64,000 nucleotides of DNA from an uncultured Bacilli bacterium (lineage in GTDB: Bacteria > Bacillota_I > Bacilli_A > RF39 > UBA660). The stretch is from the NCBI GenBank assembly GCA_947628345.1, contig CANQZM010000001.1, forward strand, positions 2,534 through 66,533. Direction: 5' to 3'. This document shows positions 41,896-51,575 of the stretch, one piece after another (position 1 is the first letter of the stretch; each line of letters opens with the position of its first letter). The position numbers and the translations under genes were made by a program. The notes below the pieces were generated by a model. It saw nothing but the letters and a program-made list of their open reading frames with translations, did not search any database and was not told where the DNA came from.

Positions 41896-42480
41896 CTAAT
41901 TCTTTTTTTTCCATCTATTATCATCACTTTTTTTCCAGGCAACAATTAAGTTAATTACTTCTGCTAATTGCATTGATATCTGCTTATATTGTTTTAATAA
42001 AATGCACCCACAACTTTGCGCTAACATTGCTATATAGCCCAATAATTTTAATTTAACAATTGCCTCTTTTTGATAACTTTCTCTTTTTAATTTATTTGCA
42101 GAAGAATCCATTCTAATAAAATTTGTTTCTAGTAAATTTTCGATTGTATCTAAACAGTAGTTTTGCATTCTATTAACAAATACTCCTCTAAATTTTTTAG
42201 GTGATTTTTCTGTTACTGTAATTACATAGGAGCATAATTTTTTAGCTACTGTAATAACAACCAATTCATTGGCATTATAAGGTATTTTCTCGATTGTTTT
42301 TAAATCTTGATCATCTGCCTCTACTCTTTCTTTTACCCTTTTTTCATAAAACTTTGAATTTTCCGCCATAGCTATTCCCTTTTTTATTGCTATAACATCA
42401 TCTATACTATTTGCTTTTTTAGTAACAACATTAATTTCTTTAGGAATTTTTAAATTCTTTGCTCTACTAACTTGTTCCAT
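41896..42480 (-). CDS. avd: Avd-like accessory variability determinant (four-helix-bundle, 23S rRNA IVS protein family) with N-terminal extension
   Basis: Position immediately upstream of TR-RT (canonical avd-TR-RT order). C-terminal ~120 aa resemble Avd helices (IPKKFRG..., LKLLGYIAMLA...). Confidence 0.55.
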   Translation of the reverse strand: MEQVSRAKNLKIPKEINVVTKKANSIDDVIAIKKGIAMAENSKFYEKRVKERVEADDQDLKTIEKIPYNANELVVITVAKKLCSYVITVTEKSPKKFRGVFVNRMQNYCLDTIENLLETNFIRMDSSANKLKRESYQKEAIVKLKLLGYIAMLAQSCGCILLKQYKQISMQLAEVINLIVAWKKSDDNRWKKKN

Positions 42481-42602
42481 GATACCACAGCCTTATTTAT
42501 AATTAATATTAACAAGCAAGTCACTATCATTATAACAGAAAAAATACAACTTTATTTAAAGTTTACATATTTTATAATTATTAGAAAGACATCTTTGTAT
42601 TT

Positions 42603-43672
42603 AAAAACAAGCTTAACGGCTTGTTTCCTAAATTGAAATTTCAACCGCACCACTAGGTGCGGCTTTTTGATACAATAAAGGAGCCAATCCCGGCAAGGAG
42701 GCTCCTATATGAATTATAAACAATTAACTAAAGAAAAGAAAGCACAAATTGATATTTTACTTGAACAAGGACTATCTATGAGAAAAACAGCTGAAATATT
42801 AGGAATATGTCATTCTACTATCTCTAGATATAAAGCTAATATTTATAAGAAAAGAAAAATAGATATTCATGAAAAGTATGATATTTTTATGCATTATCTA
42901 TATACACACTATGATTATAAAACTTGTTCTATTGAAGTTTGTGTTCATAAATTTAAAAAGACTCATTTAAATGCTAAAAGTCCATCTGTTAAACAAGTAT
43001 ATAATTGGATAAATGAAGGTAAAATTAAACTTAATAAAAAAGATTTATGTTATAAAAAACGAAGAGGAAAGAAAACATCAATGATGAATCATACAAAATG
43101 GAACATAGATCACAAAACTGTACTTCCAATAAGCTTAAGACCTAAATATATCAATAAAAGAGATGAATTAGGACATTTAGAAATAGATTCTATTTTAGGT
43201 AAAAGAAATGAATATGATTCAGTTATTTCTATAGTAGATAGATGTTCAAGAAAAGTATGGTTAATAAAGTCTGAATACAAAAATGAATACTATACAGATA
43301 AAATTATATATGAATATATAATAAGAAACGAAATAAAAGTAAAATCCATTACTGTAGATAATGGATTAGAGTTTCAAGCTTTAGGATTAACAGCTAAAAA
43401 GCTTGGAGTAAAACTATATAAATGTGATCCATACTGTTCCTTTCAAAGAGGAACCAATGAAAGGACCAATGCTTTAGTAAGAAGATTTATTCCAAAAGGA
43501 AATTCTATGAAGAATGTAACACAGTATTATCTAGATAATATTAGTTTTGAAATAAACAGTATGCCACGTAAATTATTTGACTATAAATGTGCTTATGATA
43601 TAGAATTAAAATATAAATAAAATGGTGCGGTTGAAATTACAATAAAGAAAAACAAGCTTAACGGCTTGTTTT
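42603..43672 (+). mobile_element. IS30-family insertion sequence (about 1.07 kb). Ends carry inverted repeats ...AATTTCAACCGCACC/GGTGCGGTTGAAATT... and identical 24-bp hairpin elements AAAAACAAGCTTAACGGCTTGTTT
   Basis: Single DDE transposase ORF with flanking repeats read directly; exact termini uncertain. Confidence 0.6.
42709..43620 (+). CDS. IS30-family transposase
   Basis: N-terminal HTH (LSMRKTAEILGICHSTISRY), DDE region, 303 aa. Confidence 0.75.
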   Translation: MNYKQLTKEKKAQIDILLEQGLSMRKTAEILGICHSTISRYKANIYKKRKIDIHEKYDIFMHYLYTHYDYKTCSIEVCVHKFKKTHLNAKSPSVKQVYNWINEGKIKLNKKDLCYKKRRGKKTSMMNHTKWNIDHKTVLPISLRPKYINKRDELGHLEIDSILGKRNEYDSVISIVDRCSRKVWLIKSEYKNEYYTDKIIYEYIIRNEIKVKSITVDNGLEFQALGLTAKKLGVKLYKCDPYCSFQRGTNERTNALVRRFIPKGNSMKNVTQYYLDNISFEINSMPRKLFDYKCAYDIELKYK

Positions 43673-43677
43673 ATAAA

Positions 43678-44433
43678 CTATTTTATAATAGATTCTAATG
43701 CCAGAGTAATCATATCATTTAGGCTTTTTTCTCGTTCTTCGCCACTTAAAACTTTTTTACTATATTTTGAATCTACTGCAGTCAAAATACAAGCTGCTTC
43801 TTTTTCAAAATGATTTGCTATATGAAATAAACCAAATGCTTCCATTTCCTCTGCTACTACATCTAAGTCTTTAGGGATTCTATTTAATACTCTATCATAG
43901 TCAATATATGGACCAAATACATCCATAGTAGTTATATCTCCAACATGAAGTTTATAATTTAATTCTTCTGCTGTTTCCATAATAGTATTATTTAAAGAAT
44001 TTGAAGGATAAGTAACATGCCCTTCATAATTATCAAATGTATAAGCAAAATTTGACTCTGAATAAGATCTATTTGCTAAAATAAGATCAGGCACATTTAT
44101 AGTTGGTTTTAATGCTCCACATGTACCTATTCTGATAATTTTTTCAACGTCAAAGTAATGAAATAACTCAAAAGCATAAATACCCATACTTGGCATTCCC
44201 ATTCCTGATGCCATAACAGTTATTCTAACCCCTTTATAAAATCCTGTATAACCTAACATATTTCTCAAATTGGCAACATTCTTATTATCTATTGTAAAAT
44301 TTTCTACTATTGCATCATCTAAGAAAGTTTCTGCAATATATTTAGCTCTTAATGGATCTCCTGGCATTAATACAAGTGGAGCTATATCACCTTCTTTTGC
44401 ATTAATATGGATTGGTTCTTCTCCTATAAACAT
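43678..44433 (-). CDS. deoD: Purine nucleoside phosphorylase, DeoD-type
   Basis: Near-identical N-terminal segment to E. coli DeoD (VLMPGDPLRAKYIAETFLDDA...GMGMPS). Confidence 0.85.
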   Translation of the reverse strand: MFIGEEPIHINAKEGDIAPLVLMPGDPLRAKYIAETFLDDAIVENFTIDNKNVANLRNMLGYTGFYKGVRITVMASGMGMPSMGIYAFELFHYFDVEKIIRIGTCGALKPTINVPDLILANRSYSESNFAYTFDNYEGHVTYPSNSLNNTIMETAEELNYKLHVGDITTMDVFGPYIDYDRVLNRIPKDLDVVAEEMEAFGLFHIANHFEKEAACILTAVDSKYSKKVLSGEEREKSLNDMITLALESIIK

Positions 44434-44557
44434 AATTATCGCCTCCTAATTATAATTTTAACAAACTTTTTTAAGTTATAATATATTTTTAATTGATTAT
44501 ATACATTATTAGACACTTTTTTAGTAATATTAGAAACTTCTTATTGTTGCATTAAGA

Positions 44558-44962
44558 GAACCTAATGCTACAGAAGTAGAACAACAAGGATATGGGCATG
44601 TCGTAGCTAGTGTTGGTTCTTTAGGTGGTGTAGTTCCATATACATCTTATTCTGCAAGAATCAGCTATTTAAATAATCATAAAGAATTAATCTCTAATTT
44701 CGATAAAGCTATTCAAAAAGGATTAGATTATGTTAAAAATCATTCAGATAAAGAAGTAGCAAAAACTATTCTAAAACAATTCCCAGATACATCTTTAAAT
44801 GATTTAACTAGTGCAGTTAAAAGATATAGAGAAAATGATACTTGGCCTGATACAACAAAATTCAGTGAAGAATCATTTAATCATTTACAAGATATAATGA
44901 TTGATAGTGGTGACTTAACAAAAAAAGTTGATTATAGTAAGTTGATCTATAATGAAGAATAA
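44558..44962 (+). pseudogene. 3' portion of the interrupted NMT1/SsuA-type ABC substrate-binding protein gene (continues ...PNATEVEQQGYGHVVASVG...)
   Basis: Open frame begins right after an in-frame TAG at 44531. Stop overlaps the ATG of the downstream ABC ATPase (ATGAAGAATAA). Confidence 0.7.
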
Positions 44963-45369
44963 AATTTTAAGTATTCAGCATTTGAAAAAAAGCTATCATG
45001 ATAAGAAAAGTGAAATTAAAGCTTTAGAAGATATAACATTTGATGTTTATGATAAAGAATTTATTTCAATAGTAGGACCAAGTGGATGTGGAAAGTCAAC
45101 AATACTTTCCATTCTTTCTATGTTAGAAAAAAAATCTGGGGGAATGTTCCATTTAAAAGATAATATTACTATCGGTTACATGTTACAACAAGATTCCCTA
45201 TTCTTTTGGAGAACTATTTTAGATAATTGTTTAATTGGTTTAGAAGTAACTAATAAGTTAAATGAAGAAAGTAAACAATATGTATTAGATTTACTAAAAA
45301 CTTATGGATTATATGAATTTAAAGATAAATATCCATCTAGTTTATCTGGAGGTATGAGACAAAGAGTTG
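44952..45369 (+). pseudogene. 5' part of ABC transporter ATP-binding protein (Walker A through LSGGMRQRV), truncated by a 10.4 kb insertion
   Basis: GPSGCGKST Walker A, Q-loop, ends LSGGMRQRVE*; Walker B and H-loop continue at 55771. Confidence 0.8.
45360..45369. repeat. Left copy of 10-bp direct repeat CAAAGAGTTG flanking the 10.4 kb island
   Basis: Identical 10-mer at 55761..55770. Joining the flanks reconstitutes ...GGMRQRVALIRTLAIKPD... Confidence 0.7.
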
Positions 45370-45425
45370 AATGAATAAAGTATAGACACTATAAAAATAA
45401 ATTTGCATCTAAAAAAAGTAAATTA

Positions 45426-46298
45426 TTACTTTTTCTTATCAATCTTATTAGTAACATATATAGTTACATATTTAATATTAAGAGTTCTATGTCTTATAAT
45501 ATCTTTTTTTAAATTATTTTCTATTCTACTAACTTGTTTTAAATTGAGTTTAGAATCAAGCTCTAAATTTAATTGTAATTTATAATAAGCTCCATATTTT
45601 ATTAAACTTATTTCTGTATTTTTTATACCTTTTTTAGAATTAATAAAATCTCTTACTTTATTAATTTTATCATTATCTTCTTCAATTTCTCCAATAAGGG
45701 ATAAAGAATTATCTATAATTATAGTAAATGAAGTTTTTAAAATAACTATACCTATTAAAATTGAGCCTATAATATCTGAATACTTTAATATATAAAATTT
45801 ATTTGAAAATTGTAATAAAATTGTAATTATAGCAACTCCTATTGTAGAATACAAATCTGCCATTGATTCTTTTACTGAAGTTATTAAAACTTGACTATTT
45901 ATCTTATTACCTATTTTATGCATTATAATTATTGCGCTTAATTTTAATATAAATACAACTGAAAGTAATATTAATACAGTAATAGGTGGAATTGTAGACT
46001 TCTTAAAAAAACTACTAATAATTATATAAATACCTAATAATAATAGTACTATTCCTATAAATAAATTAGTTAGATATTCTACTTTTCCAAAACCAAAAGG
46101 ATGATATTTAGTTGGTTTCTTTTTTGATATTTTAGCTCCTATCAAACAAACAATATCAGTAATAAAATCACTCAAAGTATGCATACCATCTGCAAATAAA
46201 GATCCTAAATTTAATATTACTCCACCAACTATTTTAATAACTGAAATAACAAAATTATTAATCATACTATAAATTAATACTTTAAATTCAAGCTTCAT
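45426..46298 (-). CDS. Cation diffusion facilitator (CDF) family metal efflux transporter
   Basis: Six TM helices with HxxxD (MHTLSDFITD) plus C-terminal cytoplasmic domain. Confidence 0.7.
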   Translation of the reverse strand: MKLEFKVLIYSMINNFVISVIKIVGGVILNLGSLFADGMHTLSDFITDIVCLIGAKISKKKPTKYHPFGFGKVEYLTNLFIGIVLLLLGIYIIISSFFKKSTIPPITVLILLSVVFILKLSAIIIMHKIGNKINSQVLITSVKESMADLYSTIGVAIITILLQFSNKFYILKYSDIIGSILIGIVILKTSFTIIIDNSLSLIGEIEEDNDKINKVRDFINSKKGIKNTEISLIKYGAYYKLQLNLELDSKLNLKQVSRIENNLKKDIIRHRTLNIKYVTIYVTNKIDKKK

Positions 46299-46372
46299 AT
46301 ATTACCACCTTAATAGTATTTTATCACAAATCACATTAAAAATAAGATTATATTAATCTTACTTTACAATTA

Positions 46373-46600
46373 TTATGTATTTTTGTAATTTATTTTTTCT
46401 AATTCTTTTAAACTTTTTTCATCTTCTGATAATTCAGAATATTCTTCTTCTGTTATTTCCTGACGTCTTGTTTGTACTGCAAAATATGTTTGTCCAAGTG
46501 CCACATTTTCTTTTCTAGAATCTGCATTTTGTACATTTAGGTAACATGCATAACGAGATAGTTCATAATCATTAATTAATTTTGATGCACCTTTTGGCAT
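46373..46600 (-). pseudogene. Truncated DinD-like fragment (75 codons) inside the island
   Basis: MPKGASKLINDYELSRYACYLNVQNADSRKENVALGQTYFAVQTRRQEITEEEYSELSEDEK matches the central part of the 12925..13794 protein. Confidence 0.6.
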
Positions 46601-46726
46601 AGATATCGTTTTGTCGATATCGACAAAATGATCTTTAATATTAATACTACTATTAATACAAGCATTTTTAGCTTTAAAATATTTAAATTTAATTTTTTCT
46701 AAGAAAAAAAGAAGATTATATTAATC

Positions 46727-47524
46727 TTACTTTACAAATTTTTCATATATTTTTGTAGTATAATCATACCCTTCCATTCGTAGATGTTTAATTTTTCTTT
46801 TAACAGATGAATTTATTTCACTATTTCCATTACAGGTTATATATTCTCCGTCTGACATAATTAATAACTCATTATCACAAATATTATCAGGTATAATAGA
46901 TACTTTTCTATTTTCAGGTATTATAACAGATCTTGTTAAAGTATTATAGCACTTGTTATTTATTGGACCAATAGGAGTTATTTGAATAGTATGTAAATCA
47001 TTATAAACAATAGACCCACTATAACTTAAATTTTGAGCAGTTGAACCAAATGATGTAGATAATAAAATCCCATCACCAATAAACTTTTCAAGTAATTTTT
47101 CATTTATATAAATATTAAGACTTATAGTTTTATTATCTTTTCTTTTTATAACGACTTCATTAAGAGATTGTAATTTTATATTATTATTAGAATTACAAAT
47201 ATCAGTTTGTAGAGTTCCAATTTTTTCTATATTATAATCATTATTTTGTAGTGATTTTAAAAATTTATCTATATCAGTTGGTTTTATATCTTGTGCAAAA
47301 CCAAGAGTACCTGTATTAACACCAAGATAATATATGTCTTCATTAAAATTACAATTTCTAACCATTTGTAAAAATGAACCATCTCCACCTACTGCAATAC
47401 CTAAATCAAAATCTTTACAAACTATTTCATAACCATACTCTGTTAATTTCTTTTGTAATAAATTTACAACATCTTTCGTTCCTTCTTTGGTATAATTCGG
47501 AAATAACTTTATTTTCTTTATCAT
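46727..47524 (-). CDS. nadK: NAD kinase
   Basis: GGDGSFL motif, DGILLSTSFGSTAQNLS, NE..I.R. Confidence 0.8.
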   Translation of the reverse strand: MIKKIKLFPNYTKEGTKDVVNLLQKKLTEYGYEIVCKDFDLGIAVGGDGSFLQMVRNCNFNEDIYYLGVNTGTLGFAQDIKPTDIDKFLKSLQNNDYNIEKIGTLQTDICNSNNNIKLQSLNEVVIKRKDNKTISLNIYINEKLLEKFIGDGILLSTSFGSTAQNLSYSGSIVYNDLHTIQITPIGPINNKCYNTLTRSVIIPENRKVSIIPDNICDNELLIMSDGEYITCNGNSEINSSVKRKIKHLRMEGYDYTTKIYEKFVK

Positions 47525-47529
47525 ACGTA

Positions 47530-48372
47530 TTACCTCCTGTATCTATATAATACACTAGGTCTATGTCCTTCCCCTGTTTTAACTTTTTCCGTTTTCTCTA
47601 CTTTATCTGCAATTATCCTTCTAAATGCAGGAGCTAATAATTTCTTATTTAAAATAACTTCATATACTTGTTGTAAATCTCCTAAAGTAAAATATTCTGG
47701 CATCATATTAAATACAATATCTGTATAATTTAATTTATTTCTAAGTCTTTCTAATCCAGTTAAAATTACTATAGGATGATCAAAAGCAAGATAGTCATTT
47801 TTCTTTGTACTAAATTTATATCTATCTGTTGTCTTTTCTTTTAATTTTTTTTCTAATTCTATAGAAAAACTAACATCTCCATTATCTAGAGTAATAAAAA
47901 CACTATTATCTTTTTCTTCATATAAAGTAATATCAAACCATGATGCATTATTACTTATTTTTTGATCTAATCTATTCTTATCTACTAAAGCTATGTAAGA
48001 AGAAGATATAACTCTCATTCTAGGATCTCTATTAATATCATCAAATGTATATAATTGCTCTAAATAAATATTAGATAAACCTGTTTCTGTTTTTAAAACT
48101 CTCTTAGCACACTCTTCTAAAGTTTCTTCCTTAGGTTTTAAAAAACCTCCAGGTAGACACCACATACCTTTATATGGATAGTCATCTCTTTTAGCAAGTA
48201 AAATACTCATCTTTTTTTTTGATGTCTTACGGTAATTATCCTGTTTACTTGATGATACACTAATAAGTATAATATCTGTAGTCATTGAAAGTCTTTCAAA
48301 TTTATTAGGATCATAATTTTTTAAAAATTCTTCTTCTGTTTTATACTGCATAATATCACCTCTTATATACAC
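47530..48372 (-). CDS. nrtR: NrtR-like Nudix-related transcriptional regulator (Nudix domain plus C-terminal winged HTH)
   Basis: Nudix box GGFLKPKEETLEECAKRVLKTETGL; C-terminal FTLGDLQQVYEVILNKKLLAPAFRRI typical of NrtR; within an NAD gene cluster. Confidence 0.6.
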   Translation of the reverse strand: MYIRGDIMQYKTEEEFLKNYDPNKFERLSMTTDIILISVSSSKQDNYRKTSKKKMSILLAKRDDYPYKGMWCLPGGFLKPKEETLEECAKRVLKTETGLSNIYLEQLYTFDDINRDPRMRVISSSYIALVDKNRLDQKISNNASWFDITLYEEKDNSVFITLDNGDVSFSIELEKKLKEKTTDRYKFSTKKNDYLAFDHPIVILTGLERLRNKLNYTDIVFNMMPEYFTLGDLQQVYEVILNKKLLAPAFRRIIADKVEKTEKVKTGEGHRPSVLYRYRR

Positions 48373-48459
48373 TTTGATTACAACACATAATTAAATATTT
48401 CTATCATTTTGTTTATAATTTTTATACTTATTTTTCCACCATATACCTATCATAATAAT

Positions 48460-49023
48460 TTATAAATACAATTTCTCATTTTTTATAAAATTAAGTACTT
48501 CTTTATCTATCATTTTCTTATACTTATCTAAATTACTTCTAATTAGACTTGATGATATATTAGAAAATGGAATATTTGCAAATACTATATTTTTATAATT
48601 TAAAATATTTTTATTAATATTTTTTAAATCGTTATTTCTATTTATAACTAATAATTTAAAATTAGATAATATGTATTCATAGTTCTTCCAAGTCGTAATT
48701 TCTGATAAATTATCAGTACCACATATAAAATATATTTCATCATCCTTATATTTATTTTTAAAATAATTTAGGGTTTGATAAGTATAAGTTAAATTATTTT
48801 TAATCTCATAGTCAGATATTTCTAAATTATCATATCCTTCTATCATAATTTCAATCATATCATATCTAATTTTAGCATCTATTAAATCATTCTTTTTATA
48901 TTTATTGCCAGTTGGTACATATATAACTTTATCTATATAATTGTTTTTTATTAAATTTAGTGCTATATCTTTATGCATCTTATGTGGAGGATTAAAACAA
49001 CCACCAAATATTCCGATTCTCAT
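48460..49023 (-). CDS. nadD: Nicotinate-nucleotide adenylyltransferase
   Basis: MRIGIFGGCFNPPHKMH (HxGH-type) N-terminus. Confidence 0.8.
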   Translation of the reverse strand: MRIGIFGGCFNPPHKMHKDIALNLIKNNYIDKVIYVPTGNKYKKNDLIDAKIRYDMIEIMIEGYDNLEISDYEIKNNLTYTYQTLNYFKNKYKDDEIYFICGTDNLSEITTWKNYEYILSNFKLLVINRNNDLKNINKNILNYKNIVFANIPFSNISSSLIRSNLDKYKKMIDKEVLNFIKNEKLYL

Positions 49024-49038
49024 AACTATACCTCCATT

Positions 49039-50961
49039 TTAATTATTTATATCGTTTAACCAATCTGTATAATCACTATCACTAGGCATTCTAAGATCTC
49101 CTCTAGGTGATAGGCTAATAGTGCCTACTTTTACTCCATCTGGTATACAACTTCTTTTAAATTGTTGAGTAAAGAATCTCTTAATAAAGAATTTTAACCA
49201 TTTTAATATTTCATCTTCACTATAATCTTTAAAGGTCTTTTTAGCTATAAGGTATATTTTCTTTGGTGAAGCTCCATATCTTAAAAAGTGATATAAAAAG
49301 AAATCATGTAATACATAAGGACCTACAGAATTTTCTGTTAATTGGGTTATTTTTCCGTTTTTATCAGGTGGCAATAATTCCGGAGATATAGGGGTGGCTA
49401 AAATATCTAAAATTGTATTTTTTCTTAATTCATTATTCTCATTTAGAGCAACATATTCTACTAGATATCTAACTAAAGTTTTAGGAATTGATGTATTTAC
49501 TGCATACATACTCATATGATCTCCATTATAGGTACACCATCCTAGAGCAAGCTCTGACAAATCTCCAGTACCAATAACTAAAGCATTTTCTTTATTTGCA
49601 ACATCCATTAATATTTTTGTTCTTTCTCTTGCCTGAGTGTTTTCATATGTAATATCATGAGTATTAACATCATGATCAATATCTTTAAAATGAACTAGGC
49701 AGGCTTCTTTTATATTAACTTCTTTTAAAGTCACATTATAACTTTTTATAAAATTAACGGCATTAGTATAAGTTCTATCAGTAGTACCAAATCCTGGCAT
49801 TGTAATAGCAATAATATTTTTATTATCAATACCTAACTTTTTAAAAGCTTCTACAATTACTAAGAAAGCAAGTGTTGAATCAAGTCCTCCAGATACCCCT
49901 ATAACACATTTATTCATACCGGTATATTTGATTCTTTTAGCTAAAGCAGATGCTTGAATATTAAATATTTCTTCACATCTTTCTTTCCTTTTCAAATCGT
50001 TTTTAGGAACAAATGGATATGGGCTGTACTCTCTTACTATATCTTTTTTATTATCTTTGATATCTATACTAACTCTTATATAATCTAAATCCGTTACAAC
50101 ACCCATATAACTAATATCTTTATATCTATTATTCATAATTTTAAATACATCAATATCTTCATAAATCATATTTGAATTAAAATCAAATCTTTTATTTTCT
50201 TTTAAAATTGTACCATTTTCTGCAATCATAGCATGACCTGAAAATAAGACATCTGTAGTAGATTCATTAACTCCACTAGAAGTATAAATATATGCAGATA
50301 TTGTTTTGGCAGATTGCATTTTAACTAGATTTTTACGATATTCATATTTACCTACTATTTCATTACTACTAGATAAATTAAATATTATACTTGCACCATT
50401 TAAAGTATGATTATTACTAGGAGGAAAGTTACACCATAAATCTTCACATATTTCTATAGCAAAAGATATTGCTTTATTATCTTTATCTTCAAATATAATA
50501 TTAGTAGTAAATGGTATTTTTTCTTTATCTATTTCTATATAATTTTCTCTTTTATTATTACTAGAAGCAAACCATCTTTTTTCATAAAATTCTGAATAAT
50601 TAGGTATATATGTTTTTGGAACTATACCAATTATTTTTCCTCTTGTTATAACAATACCACAATTAAATATTTGATTTTCTGCTCTAATAGGTGCACCAAC
50701 TATAGAAATAATATCTAAGTCTTTAGTTTCTCTACAAATTAATTTTAGACATTCAAGTGACTTTTCTAATAATAAATCTTGTAAAAATAAATCGCCACAT
50801 GTATACCCAGTTATAGATAACTCTGGAAATGAAATTATATCTATATCTTTTTTATAAGCATTTTTTATCTGTTTAATAATTTCTTTGGTATTATACTCTG
50901 TATTAGCAACTTTTAACTCAGGTACAACTGCACCTACTCTTATATATCCATATTCTTTCAT
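49039..50961 (-). CDS. nadE: Glutamine-dependent NAD+ synthetase (nitrilase domain plus NAD synthase domain)
   Basis: 640 aa; N-terminal CN-hydrolase region with catalytic Cys (EICEDLW); C-terminal SGGLDS PP-loop. Confidence 0.85.
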   Translation of the reverse strand: MKEYGYIRVGAVVPELKVANTEYNTKEIIKQIKNAYKKDIDIISFPELSITGYTCGDLFLQDLLLEKSLECLKLICRETKDLDIISIVGAPIRAENQIFNCGIVITRGKIIGIVPKTYIPNYSEFYEKRWFASSNNKRENYIEIDKEKIPFTTNIIFEDKDNKAISFAIEICEDLWCNFPPSNNHTLNGASIIFNLSSSNEIVGKYEYRKNLVKMQSAKTISAYIYTSSGVNESTTDVLFSGHAMIAENGTILKENKRFDFNSNMIYEDIDVFKIMNNRYKDISYMGVVTDLDYIRVSIDIKDNKKDIVREYSPYPFVPKNDLKRKERCEEIFNIQASALAKRIKYTGMNKCVIGVSGGLDSTLAFLVIVEAFKKLGIDNKNIIAITMPGFGTTDRTYTNAVNFIKSYNVTLKEVNIKEACLVHFKDIDHDVNTHDITYENTQARERTKILMDVANKENALVIGTGDLSELALGWCTYNGDHMSMYAVNTSIPKTLVRYLVEYVALNENNELRKNTILDILATPISPELLPPDKNGKITQLTENSVGPYVLHDFFLYHFLRYGASPKKIYLIAKKTFKDYSEDEILKWLKFFIKRFFTQQFKRSCIPDGVKVGTISLSPRGDLRMPSDSDYTDWLNDINN

Positions 50962-50984
50962 ATAAATCTCTCCTCCTAATTATT

Positions 50985-51575
50985 TTATATTTTAAAATAT
51001 TGTTTAGATTTTTCTAATGTGTATTTAGAATTAATGTCTTTTATATAACCTAACTCTACTAATTCTAAAGCTTCTTCATATCTACATTCAAAATATTTAA
51101 TAAACTCATCTTTGTCTAGATTTTGTTTTTTTACTCTTTTACAATCTAGAGCCAAATAACTATAATTATAAGCACTCATACAGCCTTGGTCCTGATAATA
51201 ACTATCTAAAAACTGCATTTTTTTTGGAACATAACCTGTTTCCTCTGTTAATTCTCTTATGGCTGCTAAAACAGGAGTCTCAGCTTGTTCAATATAACCT
51301 GCTGGAAGTTCTACTCCTACGGTTTCTTTAGTGTTAACTCGCGGTTGAACAACTAATATTGTATTATTATCTACAGTAACAGGTAAGATGATAGCTGCAC
51401 TACCATCAGTACCATTCTTTAGTAATTTTTCTCTTGGGATTACTTTTCCATTATTTAATTTATAATATTTTTTTTCAATACTTAGAAAAGTAGATTTATC
51501 AGATGAGTTTATCACTTCTACAGTTTTAAGTTCGTTAATGTAATCTCTTAACTCTTCTAATTTTTCTTTTCGCAT
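50985..51575 (-). CDS. Nudix hydrolase, ADP-ribose pyrophosphatase-like
   Basis: Nudix box LPAGYIEQAETPVLAAIRELTEETGY. Confidence 0.65.
   Translation of the reverse strand: MRKEKLEELRDYINELKTVEVINSSDKSTFLSIEKKYYKLNNGKVIPREKLLKNGTDGSAAIILPVTVDNNTILVVQPRVNTKETVGVELPAGYIEQAETPVLAAIRELTEETGYVPKKMQFLDSYYQDQGCMSAYNYSYLALDCKRVKKQNLDKDEFIKYFECRYEEALELVELGYIKDINSKYTLEKSKQYFKI

Larger units (their letters stand above)
23258..44557. mobile_element. About 21.3 kb composite insertion splitting the ABC substrate-binding protein gene (serine-recombinase island, MoxR/VWA module, DGR, IS30, deoD)
   Basis: The two halves of one NMT1-type binding-protein gene (22634..23257 and 44558..44962) are separated by this block. 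Confidence 0.6.
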
